Positions 9,252 to 17,661 of a DNA stretch of 41,658 nt are shown here, one piece after another (the first letter of the stretch is position 1; the number at the start of each line of letters is the position of its first letter). Below the pieces are notes generated by a model. The model made no database searches and was not told where the DNA came from. It saw only the letters and a program-made list of their open reading frames with translations. Made by a program: the position numbers and the translations under genes. Source of the DNA: Candidatus Omnitrophota bacterium (GTDB lineage: Bacteria > Omnitrophota > Gorgyraeia > Zapsychrales > Fredricksoniimonadaceae); contig JAHFGE010000003.1 of NCBI GenBank assembly GCA_023247575.1, positions 24,940 to 66,597 on the forward strand, given 5' to 3'.

Positions 9252-10520
9252 ATGAATATCTTACGCTCCATCGGTCGCGCCTTGCGCTATCGCAATTACC
9301 GTCTGTTTTTTGCTGGTCAAAGTATATCACTGATTGGTACCTGGCTTCAACAAACAGCCTTACCATGGTTAGTGTACCGCCTCACCTCGTCGGTCTTCTT
9401 ACTAGGCGTGGTAGGCTTTTTAAGCCAGATTCCCGCCTTTTTACTAACACCCTTTGCCGGAGTGTTCATTGATCGTATGGATCGCCGACACATGCTGTTG
9501 ATAACTCAGACAACATCGATGCTTCAGGCGCTTCTGTTATGGTTATTGTTAGTAAGCCACCATATGAGTGTGCCAGCGGTTCTCATACTTTCTTTAGTTT
9601 TAGGGATTATTAATGCTTTCGATATCCCCGCCCGTCAATCATTTGTGGTTGACATGATTGAAAATAAAGAAGATTTGGGTAACGCCATTGCGCTTAATTC
9701 CTCCATGGTGCATGCGGCGCGTTTAATTGGGCCGACGCTGGCAGGGATTATTATCGGCCTTGCTGGGGAAGCCAGCTGTTTTTTGCTCAACTCTCTAAGT
9801 TTTTTAGCTGTCATTGCTTCTTTATTAAAAATGAACACTCAACCTCGCCCTGTTGCTGTCTCTCAAACCAGTATCTGGAATGGCGTCAAAGAAGGGGTCT
9901 CATACGTTAGGGGACATATCCCCATGCGAGCTATTTTGTTTCTGATAGCTACTGTCAGTTTAACAGGGATGCCTTATATGATATTTATGCCGGTATACGC
10001 TAAAGATATTTTTCATGGGACTTCCTATACATTAGGTTTTTTGATAGGTGCCTCAGGTTTGGGTGCATTGGCAGGAGCTATGTACCTGGCTTCTCGTCAA
10101 GGGATTCAAGGCTTTAGTCGCATTATTGCCGGTGCGTCGAGTTTGTTTGGACTTGGACTTATGGCTTTTGCGATTTCGCAAACCTTATGGCTTTCCTGGG
10201 GCTGTATGGTGTTAGTAGGATTCGGCATGATGGTTCAATTTGCCGCTACTAACACAGTACTGCAAACGCTAGTCCAGGATGCTAAACGGGGACGGGTGAT
10301 GAGTCTTTACACGGTCTGTTTTATGGGCATGACACCTGTGGGAAGTTTTATAGAAGGGTGGATGGCGCATCACCTTGGGGTGCCCTTGACTATTTTTGTG
10401 GGCGGTTTAGTATGTCTGCTGGCCTCTTTGAGTTTCGCCAGAAACCTACCTTCTTTACGCAAAGCGATGCAACGTTATAGAGAGAAAATTCCTACCGTCA
10501 CAGATCCTGCCAGTTCCTAA
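9252..10520 (+). CDS. MFS transporter
   Basis: About 12 TM segments. The N-terminus YRNYRLFFAGQSISLIGTWLQQTALPWLVY and the DRMDRR loop are typical of MFS_3/EntS-like exporters. Confidence 0.85.
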   Translation: MNILRSIGRALRYRNYRLFFAGQSISLIGTWLQQTALPWLVYRLTSSVFLLGVVGFLSQIPAFLLTPFAGVFIDRMDRRHMLLITQTTSMLQALLLWLLLVSHHMSVPAVLILSLVLGIINAFDIPARQSFVVDMIENKEDLGNAIALNSSMVHAARLIGPTLAGIIIGLAGEASCFLLNSLSFLAVIASLLKMNTQPRPVAVSQTSIWNGVKEGVSYVRGHIPMRAILFLIATVSLTGMPYMIFMPVYAKDIFHGTSYTLGFLIGASGLGALAGAMYLASRQGIQGFSRIIAGASSLFGLGLMAFAISQTLWLSWGCMVLVGFGMMVQFAATNTVLQTLVQDAKRGRVMSLYTVCFMGMTPVGSFIEGWMAHHLGVPLTIFVGGLVCLLASLSFARNLPSLRKAMQRYREKIPTVTDPASS

Positions 10521-10644
10521 TTTCAGAACCCCAGGGTGGGGAAGGTTATTAAAATATGCTATCCTTAAAGAGAGGGGAGAGTGTGAGCATTTTTTTGAAA
10601 AGTTTACTTTAAGCTTAAAGGAAATGCTGTAAAATAAAACAACT

Positions 10645-11043
10645 ATGAATTGGAAAATTTCCAAAGGATTTAGTCTCCCTGAGCTGTTATTGGTAGCCGC
10701 CCTTTTAGGCTATACCTTGTCGGTTGTATTATTGACTTTTTTTAGCGGTACCAGGCTTAACGAGGAGAGCCGTAATTTAATTTCAGCAACCACCCATGCC
10801 GAATTTGTCATGGAAAGCATTAAAAACAGTACCTTTTCCAGCCTTGTAACATACATCAACGGTGGCATGTGGACATGGAATACAGTGACAATAACCAGTA
10901 ACGGGTTAACGGCCTTAAATAGTGAAAACATCACTACAACTTCCAGCGGAACCAATCCGGTGGACGTGACCGTAACTGTTACTTGGAATGATACCCAAGG
11001 AAGGAGCCGATCAAAGATTTTAAGGACTTTGATCTCAAGATGA
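10645..11043 (+). CDS. prepilin-type N-terminal cleavage/methylation domain protein (minor pseudopilin)
   Basis: MNWKISKG|FSLPELLLVAALLG has a G at -1, F at +1 and E at +5, followed by a hydrophobic helix. Confidence 0.7.
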   Translation: MNWKISKGFSLPELLLVAALLGYTLSVVLLTFFSGTRLNEESRNLISATTHAEFVMESIKNSTFSSLVTYINGGMWTWNTVTITSNGLTALNSENITTTSSGTNPVDVTVTVTWNDTQGRSRSKILRTLISR

Positions 11044-11531
11044 TCACAATAGCACAAAACACCAGAGGCTACACCTTTGTAGAAGCTTTAATCAGCGTAC
11101 TCCTACTTTCTGTCATTTTGTTGGGAGTTCACGGTGTTTTGCTAACCGGCAACACGGTTTTCACCAAAGATTCCACTTTGCTCGATATGGAACAGCAGAC
11201 CAGAAACGCTATGGATCGCATGGTCAGGGAAGTCCGCCAGGCATCATCGCAGAACATCATTACCAATTATAACGGTACGACCAATGATTATATTCAATTT
11301 TTTACCCCTACGGCACCCACACCTAATGGACTTCAATATTATTTAAGTGGGACGAATTTGGTAAGGGTCAATAATTCGGGAGTAGCCAAAAATGTAGCCA
11401 GCAATATCGGTCTTTTAAAATTGAGTTTAACAGGATCGCTCTTACAAATCCAGGCAACGGCCCAAAAAACGATGTATTCGGTAACCATTTCTTTCCCCCT
11501 TACAGAGAGAGTGAGGTTAAGAAATGAATAA
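11040..11531 (+). CDS. prepilin-type N-terminal cleavage/methylation domain protein (PulJ/PilW-like minor pseudopilin)
   Basis: MITIAQNTRG|YTFVEALISVLLLSVILLG has E at +5. It overlaps the previous gene by 4 nt. Confidence 0.7.
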   Translation: MITIAQNTRGYTFVEALISVLLLSVILLGVHGVLLTGNTVFTKDSTLLDMEQQTRNAMDRMVREVRQASSQNIITNYNGTTNDYIQFFTPTAPTPNGLQYYLSGTNLVRVNNSGVAKNVASNIGLLKLSLTGSLLQIQATAQKTMYSVTISFPLTERVRLRNE

Positions 11532-12861
11532 ATGGATCCAAACCCTTCGACTCTCTCCTCACTTCGCTCGTCGTTCGCTCAGGGTGGTTCGACTCTGCAA
11601 TCCAATGGTGAGCGAGCGGAGCGAGTCGAACCATAGGGGCTCCATAGTTTTCGCATTTTTACTTATTCTTGTTTTATCTGGTTTAAGTGCAGCTATTCTT
11701 TTAAAGAGTGTAAATGAAAGTCGGGTAGCCAATCGGATGGCTAACTCATCCGCAGCCCTGTGGGCCGCTGAAGCCGGCGTACAAAAAGTCCTATGGGAAT
11801 ATAATTACAATAACTGCCGGGATATGATTCAGCAATCTTCAGGCATTGCCTGTACTGATTGTACTTGTGGTAGTGTGACTAAGTCCCTGGCAGGGACGCT
11901 GACTGGCTACGCTGATTATGACGTAACATTCAATAGTGCCAATACCACACTTCAATCGGTTGGCTCAGTGCCAAGCCGCAGTGCTGCTAATCTGATTCAG
12001 CGCCGGGTTCAGGTCACTGTCGGCAGGCCGCCAACTTTTGGCAATGGAATTTTTGCACAGGGACAGGTCTGGTTGTCTAATAATGCCTTGATTGATTCCT
12101 ATAACTCGAGCAATGGTCCCTATGGGGGTTCCAATATTCTTCATAATGGTAATATTGGTACCAATGGAACAGGTTCAGGCATAATAAACCTTAGTAATAA
12201 TGTCACGGTGGATGGTAATCTCAGTACAGGTCCTGGTGGCACGGTCACAAAAGGGAATAATGTAACTGTCACAGGTACGACCACCAGCAATAACAGTGTT
12301 GCCCTTCCAGCGGTAGTTGTGCCATCGACTTTAACTGGTTTATCTAGTGGAGGAACATTAAGTATTGCTAATAATGGTTCTCAGACACTTAATGCCGGTA
12401 ATTATAAATATACAAATATCAGTATGGCTAATAATGCAACACTTAATATTAATGGCAATGTAAGCATTTATTTAACGGGTGCCACTGATTTGACCGCCAG
12501 CAATAATGTTGCTATTAATGTTACTAATGGATCAACCTTGACTATTTATCTTGATGGGACACTTAGTGTTAACAATAATGCTGCGATTAATAATGTTTCC
12601 CGACTTCCATCCAATCTTCAAATTTATAGTACTTATACGGGATCTAATGGTATCAGCATCGGTAATAACGCCACTACTTATGCGGCCGTCTATGCGCCTA
12701 CGACGGATGTTAATATGAGCAATAACGATAGTCTCTATGGGGCGGTAGTGGGTAAAACAGTAACATTAAATAATAATGCGGCCATTCATTATGATCAAGT
12801 TTTGGCAACGGTGGCTAACCCTTTCCAAAATGCCATTACCAGCAATTGGCAAGAATATTAA
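11524..12861 (+). CDS. PilX/GspK-like pseudopilin with Asn-rich beta-helix repeat domain
   Basis: ..HRG|SIVFAFLLILVLSGLSAAILL..RVANRMANSSAALWAAEAGV is a PilX_N-like N-terminus with no E at +5. About 10 units of xNN(A/V)x(I/V)N follow at roughly 20-25 aa spacing. The first 37 or so codons derive from a palindromic repeat. An alternative start is the ATG at 11605. Confidence 0.6.
   Translation: MNKWIQTLRLSPHFARRSLRVVRLCNPMVSERSESNHRGSIVFAFLLILVLSGLSAAILLKSVNESRVANRMANSSAALWAAEAGVQKVLWEYNYNNCRDMIQQSSGIACTDCTCGSVTKSLAGTLTGYADYDVTFNSANTTLQSVGSVPSRSAANLIQRRVQVTVGRPPTFGNGIFAQGQVWLSNNALIDSYNSSNGPYGGSNILHNGNIGTNGTGSGIINLSNNVTVDGNLSTGPGGTVTKGNNVTVTGTTTSNNSVALPAVVVPSTLTGLSSGGTLSIANNGSQTLNAGNYKYTNISMANNATLNINGNVSIYLTGATDLTASNNVAINVTNGSTLTIYLDGTLSVNNNAAINNVSRLPSNLQIYSTYTGSNGISIGNNATTYAAVYAPTTDVNMSNNDSLYGAVVGKTVTLNNNAAIHYDQVLATVANPFQNAITSNWQEY
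11543..11632. repeat. palindromic dispersed repeat (CCTTCGAC...GCTCAGGG...GAGCGAGTCGAACC), copy A, inside CDS 5' end
   Basis: CCCTTCGACTC...CGCTCAGGGTGGTTCGACTC...GTGAGCGAGCGGAGCGAGTCGAACC. The arms GGTTCGACTC and GAGTCGAACC are inverted. It shares motifs with the copies at 14791, 18090 and 34149. Borders are set by eye. Confidence 0.65.
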
Positions 12862-12875
12862 TTTAGGGAAATAGC

Positions 12876-12956
12876 ATGGACATTGTTTTTATAGGATTAA
12901 TCATTTTTCTTATGGTTTTATCGCTAGGCTTCATCACTTTATGCGGCAAGGTATAA
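12876..12956 (+). CDS. 26-aa hydrophobic peptide (MDIVFIGLIIFLMVLSLGFITLCGKV), not in ORF track
   Basis: ATG at 12876 preceded by AGGGAA. It forms a single TM-like helix and lies directly upstream of kdpF. No family assignment is possible. Confidence 0.3.
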   Translation: MDIVFIGLIIFLMVLSLGFITLCGKV

Positions 12957-12968
12957 GGGGGTGTGTTT

Positions 12969-13058
12969 ATGTTAGCTATTTACTGGGTTGGAGGTATTGT
13001 TTCGGTTGCCTTGTTTGCGTATCTTTTAATTGCATTTTTTAAACCGGAGATTTTTTAG
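12969..13058 (+). CDS. kdpF: K+-transporting ATPase subunit F
   Basis: The 29-aa peptide MLAIYWVGGIVSVALFAYLLIAFFKPEIF has the typical KdpF length, position (2 nt before kdpA) and C-terminal ..L(L/I)xxxxKPExF ending. The AAGGGGG RBS is at 12955-12961. It is too short for the ORF track. Confidence 0.7.
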   Translation: MLAIYWVGGIVSVALFAYLLIAFFKPEIF

Positions 13059-13060
13059 TT

Positions 13061-14896
13061 ATGAGCCATAACGATTTTATTCAAATGGGTATTTATCTTG
13101 TAGTGTTACTTTTGGCCGTCAAGCCATTAGGAATTTATATGGCGTATGTTTATGAAGGCAAACCAGCTGGTCTGAACATATGGTTGAGTGGTCTGGAACG
13201 GTGGATTTATCGCATCTGCGGAGTCAAACCGGAAAAGGGCATGACCTGGAAAGAATATGCCATTGCTCTTTTGGTGTTTAATATATTAGGTATTCTGATG
13301 GTTTATGCTATTCAGCGTCTTCAGGCCTTCTTACCTTTAAATCCCATGGCCATGGCAGCTGTATCACCGGACTCTTCCTTTAATACGGCAGTCAGTTTCG
13401 CTACCAACACCAACTGGCAGGGTTATAGCGGTGAAAGCACGACGAGTTACTTAACGCAGATGTTGGCCTTGGCCAAACAAAATTTTTCATCCGCAGCAAC
13501 GGGAATGGCTGTTCTGGCTGCTTTGATCAGAGGATTTATTCAAAAGCAGATGAATACCATTGGTAATTTCTGGGTCGATTTGGTAAGAACTGTTCTTTAT
13601 ATTCTACTGCCTCTGTCGATTATCTTTGCGCTGATTCTCGTATCTCAAGGGGTACCGCAAACCTTTAGTCCTAGCGCAAAAGCTACCTTGGTTCAAGCAA
13701 CGAAAGATTCAAATGGGAAACCAATGACCGAGCAGGATATAGCGCTAGGTCCCGTGGCTTCCCAGATAGCCATCAAGCAATTGGGAACCAATGGAGGTGG
13801 ATATTACAATGCTAATTCCGCCCATCCGTATGAAAATTCAACGCCTTTATCGAATTTTTTAGAAATGATCGCCATACTTTTGATTCCAGCAGCACTATGT
13901 TATACCTTTGGGGTTATGGTCAGAGATCGTCGCCAGGGTTGGGCTCTTCTGGCGGCCATGTTAGTTATTTTTATTCCTTGTCTTTGGGCTTCTATCACCA
14001 TTGAACAGAAAGGGAATCCTCTCTTCGATAAACTCGGTGTTGACCAAAGGGCAACAGCCTATCAGCCGGGTGGCAATATGGAAGGCAAGGAGGCCCGTTT
14101 TGGCGTTGTTTCTTCTGCTATTTGGTCTGTGGCCACCACCTCGGCTTCTAATGGTTCGGTTAATTCTATGCATGATTCATATATGCCTTTAGGTGGTTTG
14201 ATTCCGATGTGGCTTATTCAGCTTGGGGAAGTCATTTTTGGAGGTGTTGGTTCAGGCCTTTATGGAATGATCGCTTTTGTGATTGTGGCAGTTTTCGTGG
14301 CTGGTCTTATGATCGGCCGCACGCCGGAATATTTAGGGAAGAAGATTGAGGCCTTTGAAATGAAAATGGCGTCTTTGATGGCTTTGATCCCACATATTTT
14401 TGTCCTTATACCAACGGCTATCGCTGTACTTACAGTCGCAGGCAAAGCAGGGATTTCAAACCCAGGGCCACATGGTTTCAGTGAAATCCTTTATGGGTTT
14501 TCCTCGGCAGGCAATAATAATGGCAGTGCATTTGCGGGCTTAAATGCCAATACGGTTTTTTATAATACTGCTTTAGGGGTATCCATGTTTTTTGCACGTT
14601 ATTGGCTTATGATTCCGGCCTTAGCCATCGCGGGGTCTTTATCGGCAAAAAAAATTGTGCCAACAACTCAAGGAACCCTGCCCACTCATACGCCACTTTT
14701 TGTATTTTTTCTGGCGATGGTTATTTTAATTGTTGGAGCATTGGCCTTTTTCCCGGCTTTGGCGTTGGGGCCAATGGTGGAACATTTAATCCTTCGATCC
14801 TTCGATTTTACTCAGGATCAAACACTGAGCATAGTCGAATGTGTTCGATTACACTCAGGATTAACCCTGAGCGAAGTCGAAGGGTTAATGATATGA
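13061..14896 (+). CDS. kdpA: potassium-transporting ATPase subunit A, with repeat-derived C-terminal extension
   Basis: [16 protein letters not shown](Y)[20 protein letters not shown] and NNGSAFAG are KdpA selectivity-filter-like motifs. The usual KdpA end (..[14 protein letters not shown]) is followed by about 33 extra residues encoded by repeat copy B. Confidence 0.95.
   Translation: MSHNDFIQMGIYLVVLLLAVKPLGIYMAYVYEGKPAGLNIWLSGLERWIYRICGVKPEKGMTWKEYAIALLVFNILGILMVYAIQRLQAFLPLNPMAMAAVSPDSSFNTAVSFATNTNWQGYSGESTTSYLTQMLALAKQNFSSAATGMAVLAALIRGFIQKQMNTIGNFWVDLVRTVLYILLPLSIIFALILVSQGVPQTFSPSAKATLVQATKDSNGKPMTEQDIALGPVASQIAIKQLGTNGGGYYNANSAHPYENSTPLSNFLEMIAILLIPAALCYTFGVMVRDRRQGWALLAAMLVIFIPCLWASITIEQKGNPLFDKLGVDQRATAYQPGGNMEGKEARFGVVSSAIWSVATTSASNGSVNSMHDSYMPLGGLIPMWLIQLGEVIFGGVGSGLYGMIAFVIVAVFVAGLMIGRTPEYLGKKIEAFEMKMASLMALIPHIFVLIPTAIAVLTVAGKAGISNPGPHGFSEILYGFSSAGNNNGSAFAGLNANTVFYNTALGVSMFFARYWLMIPALAIAGSLSAKKIVPTTQGTLPTHTPLFVFFLAMVILIVGALAFFPALALGPMVEHLILRSFDFTQDQTLSIVECVRLHSGLTLSEVEGLMI
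14791..14884. repeat. palindromic dispersed repeat, copy B (two tandem hairpin units) forming the 3' end of kdpA
   Basis: CCTTCGATCC TTCGATTTTACTCAGGATCAAACACTGAGCATAGTCGAA TGTG TTCGATTACACTCAGGATTAACCCTGAGCGAAGTCGAAGGG. Each unit is TTCGA..CTCAG(G)..C(C)TGAG..TCGAA. Confidence 0.7.
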
Positions 14897-16983
14897 AAAA
14901 AATATCCCGCACAACCTCATCATTGTTCGATCCTTCTATCGTGGTGCCAGCCATTATTGAGTCATTGAAGAAATTAGACCCCAGGCATCAAATCAGGAAT
15001 CCTGTTATGTTTGTGGTCTGGGTGGGAAGTCTGTTGACGACGGGATTGTATGTGCAGGCACTTTGTGGTCATGGAGAGGCACCGGCTGGTTTTATTCTGG
15101 CGGTTGCCTTATGGCTGTGGTTTACCATTATTTTTGCTAACTTTGCAGAAAGCATGGCCGAAGGTCGGGGCAAGGCCCAGGCAGAGAGTTTACGCAAAGC
15201 CCGCAAAGATACTCCTGCCAAGAAACTATCCAACCTCAAATATGGTTCTGATTATACTACCGTTTCAGCCACAACTTTGCGTAAAGACGATATTGTCCTG
15301 GTGGAACGAGGTGATTTTATTCCTATGGATGGAGAAGTCATGGAAGGGGTGGCTTCCGTTGATGAAAGTGCCATTACCGGAGAAAGCGCGCCGGTCATCC
15401 GCGAAAGTGGTGGCGACCGCTGTGCTGTCACCGGCGGTACACGAGTACTTTCCGACTGGCTAATAGTCCGCATTACCTCAAACCCCGGAGAAACATTCCT
15501 TGATCATATGATTGCGATGGTGGAAGGTGCCAAGAGGCAAAAAACTCCTAATGAAATCGCTTTAAGTATTTTACTGATTGTTTTTACAATTATCTTTTTA
15601 TTGGTTACCGTCACTTTGTTACCTTTTTCGATTTTTAGTGTAGGTGTGGCCGGGCATGGTCAGGTCATTACCGTGACTGTATTGGTGGCCCTGCTTGTCT
15701 GCCTTATTCCGACTACGATCGGCGGATTACTGCCAGCCATTGGGATCGCTGGAATGGACCGCATGATACAGACTAATGTGATCGCTACCTCCGGCCGAGC
15801 GGTGGAGGCAGCGGGAGACGTGGATGTTCTATTGTTGGATAAAACCGGAACCATCACTTTGGGTAACCGGCAGGCGGTTGAATTTATACCTGTATCGGGA
15901 ATAAATATGGAAACATTTGTCGATGCCGTGCAGCTGGCCTCTTTGTCTGATGAAACCCCGGAAGGAAGAAGCATTGTTGTTTTGGCCAAAGCGAAACACG
16001 GGATCAGGGAGCGGCATATTCAGGACATCAATGCTAAATTTATCCCTTTTACAGCCCAGACCAAAATGAGCGGAGTGGACTTGGGAGATGGCCGGCAAAT
16101 TAGAAAAGGGGCCGTGGATGCCATTGATAGTTATGTTAGAAAATTGGGAGGTATATTTCCTGAATCTCTGAAATCTATCGTGGAGACCATATCCAAAAGT
16201 GGCGGTACTCCTTTAGCGGTCGCTGAAAATAATCGTATCCTGGGTATTGTTCAATTAAAAGATATTGTCAAAGGGGGGATTAAAGAACGGTTTGCTGAAT
16301 TACGTCGTATGGGTATTAAGACGGTGATGATTACTGGCGACAATCCTTTGACGGCAGCGGCCATTGCGGCAGAGTCAGGGATGGATGACTTTTTAGCCCA
16401 GGCCACCCCTGAGACTAAACTGAAATTTATTCGCGAGATGCAAACAGGTGGTCGGCTGGTGGCTATGACAGGAGATGGGACCAATGACGCGCCGGCCTTG
16501 GCCCAAGCAGATGTAGCGGTGGCGATGAACACGGGAACGCAGGCGGCTAAAGAGGCCGGCAATATGGTCGACCTTGATTCCAATCCAACCAAACTGATCG
16601 AAGTGGTCAAAATTGGTAAACAACTGCTCATTACCCGTGGTTCTTTGACGACATTTAGTATTGCCAATGATGTGTCCAAATATTTTGCTATTATCCCGGC
16701 GGCATTTGTAGGGACTTACCCGGTACTGGGAGCGCTTAATATCATGCATCTGGCAACCCCGCAAAGTGCCATTTTATCGGCAGTGATTTTTAATGCCCTG
16801 ATTATTATAGCTTTGATTCCATTGTCTTTGTTTGGCGTACCCTACAGGGCTGTAGCTGCCAGCCGCCTGTTAAGGGATAATTTGCTCATTTATGGGGTGG
16901 GTGGAATCATCGCGCCGTTTGCGGGGATTAAATTGATTGATATGATTTTGGTGGGGTTAAAATTAACATCGGGGGGATCATAA
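14893..16983 (+). CDS. kdpB: potassium-transporting ATPase subunit B (P-type ATPase)
   Basis: The true start is the ATG at 14893 ([31 protein letters not shown]), which overlaps the kdpA TGA (ATGA). It carries [15 protein letters not shown] and [21 protein letters not shown]. The ORF-track start 14602 is an out-of-frame overlap with kdpA. Confidence 0.95.
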   Translation: MKKISRTTSSLFDPSIVVPAIIESLKKLDPRHQIRNPVMFVVWVGSLLTTGLYVQALCGHGEAPAGFILAVALWLWFTIIFANFAESMAEGRGKAQAESLRKARKDTPAKKLSNLKYGSDYTTVSATTLRKDDIVLVERGDFIPMDGEVMEGVASVDESAITGESAPVIRESGGDRCAVTGGTRVLSDWLIVRITSNPGETFLDHMIAMVEGAKRQKTPNEIALSILLIVFTIIFLLVTVTLLPFSIFSVGVAGHGQVITVTVLVALLVCLIPTTIGGLLPAIGIAGMDRMIQTNVIATSGRAVEAAGDVDVLLLDKTGTITLGNRQAVEFIPVSGINMETFVDAVQLASLSDETPEGRSIVVLAKAKHGIRERHIQDINAKFIPFTAQTKMSGVDLGDGRQIRKGAVDAIDSYVRKLGGIFPESLKSIVETISKSGGTPLAVAENNRILGIVQLKDIVKGGIKERFAELRRMGIKTVMITGDNPLTAAAIAAESGMDDFLAQATPETKLKFIREMQTGGRLVAMTGDGTNDAPALAQADVAVAMNTGTQAAKEAGNMVDLDSNPTKLIEVVKIGKQLLITRGSLTTFSIANDVSKYFAIIPAAFVGTYPVLGALNIMHLATPQSAILSAVIFNALIIIALIPLSLFGVPYRAVAASRLLRDNLLIYGVGGIIAPFAGIKLIDMILVGLKLTSGGS

Positions 16984-16984
16984 A

Positions 16985-17560
16985 ATGTTATTTGCGCAAA
17001 TCAGACCCGCTATACTTTCTTTTATCCTGCTAACAATAGTCACCGGCATTCTTTATCCGCTTCTGGTGACCGGGATTGCTCAAACTGTTTTTCATAAACA
17101 GGCCGAAGGCAGTTTAATTGTCCAAGATGGAAAAGTACTTGGCTCATCACTGATCGGACAAAATTTTGATGATCCAAAATATTTTTGGGGACGTATCTCT
17201 GCCACCTCACCAGTATACAATGCTTCTTCCTCTACGGGTTCTAACCTGGGGCCATTAAATCCTGCTCTTATGGATGAAGTTAAAGGGCGAATCTCTGCTC
17301 TTAAAGCAGCAGATCCCAATAATACCAACCTCATACCTGTAGATCTGGTGACCTCTTCTGGTAGTGGATTGGATCCTCACATCAGTTTAGCCGCCGCTTA
17401 TTACCAAATCCCCCGCATTGCCCGTGTTAGAGGTTTACGACAGGAACAAATCAAGACAATTGTTGGCCAGCACACTCACGGCCGCCTTTTATGGGTATTG
17501 GGAGAACCAGTGATCAATGTGCTGGAGCTTAATCTGGCGTTGGATGGGCTCCATTCCTAG
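16985..17560 (+). CDS. kdpC: potassium-transporting ATPase subunit C
   Basis: It has an N-terminal TM segment, then ..GSLI..GKVLGSSLIGQNF..YFWGR.SA, VTSSGSGLDPHIS and A.YQ.PRIA. The protein is 191 aa and starts 1 nt after the kdpB stop. Confidence 0.93.
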   Translation: MLFAQIRPAILSFILLTIVTGILYPLLVTGIAQTVFHKQAEGSLIVQDGKVLGSSLIGQNFDDPKYFWGRISATSPVYNASSSTGSNLGPLNPALMDEVKGRISALKAADPNNTNLIPVDLVTSSGSGLDPHISLAAAYYQIPRIARVRGLRQEQIKTIVGQHTHGRLLWVLGEPVINVLELNLALDGLHS

Positions 17561-17614
17561 CCGCAGCCAAGACTTTAACACCCGACAAACTACTACGACA
17601 ACTACGACAAATGA

Positions 17615-17632
17615 GGGGGGGGGGGGGGGGGG
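17615..17632. repeat. homopolymeric G18 tract
   Basis: Counted directly as atga + 18 G + ttcaaaca. It is preceded by the short direct repeats CGACAA x3 (17583-17610). Confidence 0.95.
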
Positions 17633-17661
17633 TTCAAACAACTATTCTCGGTAGGGATAAC

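Noticed and set aside
12050-12800. The AAT-rich, seemingly repetitive stretch could be a DNA tandem repeat or array.
   Set aside because: The periodicity is at the protein level (xNN(A/V)xIN beta-helix rungs). Spacing and nucleotide sequence vary and there is no exact DNA repeat unit. It is not CRISPR-like.
14602-14892. The ORF track extends kdpB 97 codons upstream ([13 protein letters not shown]...).
   Set aside because: The extension overlaps the well-supported kdpA C-terminus in another frame and partly consists of repeat sequence. The conserved KdpB N-terminus begins at the ATG at 14893, which is coupled to the kdpA stop.
17611-17661. ATG at 17611 as the start of the hypothetical gene, translating the G18 tract as Gly5.
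   Set aside because: A start codon immediately in front of a slippage-prone homopolymer is unlikely. The in-frame ATG at 17662 is preferred, but 17611 cannot be excluded.
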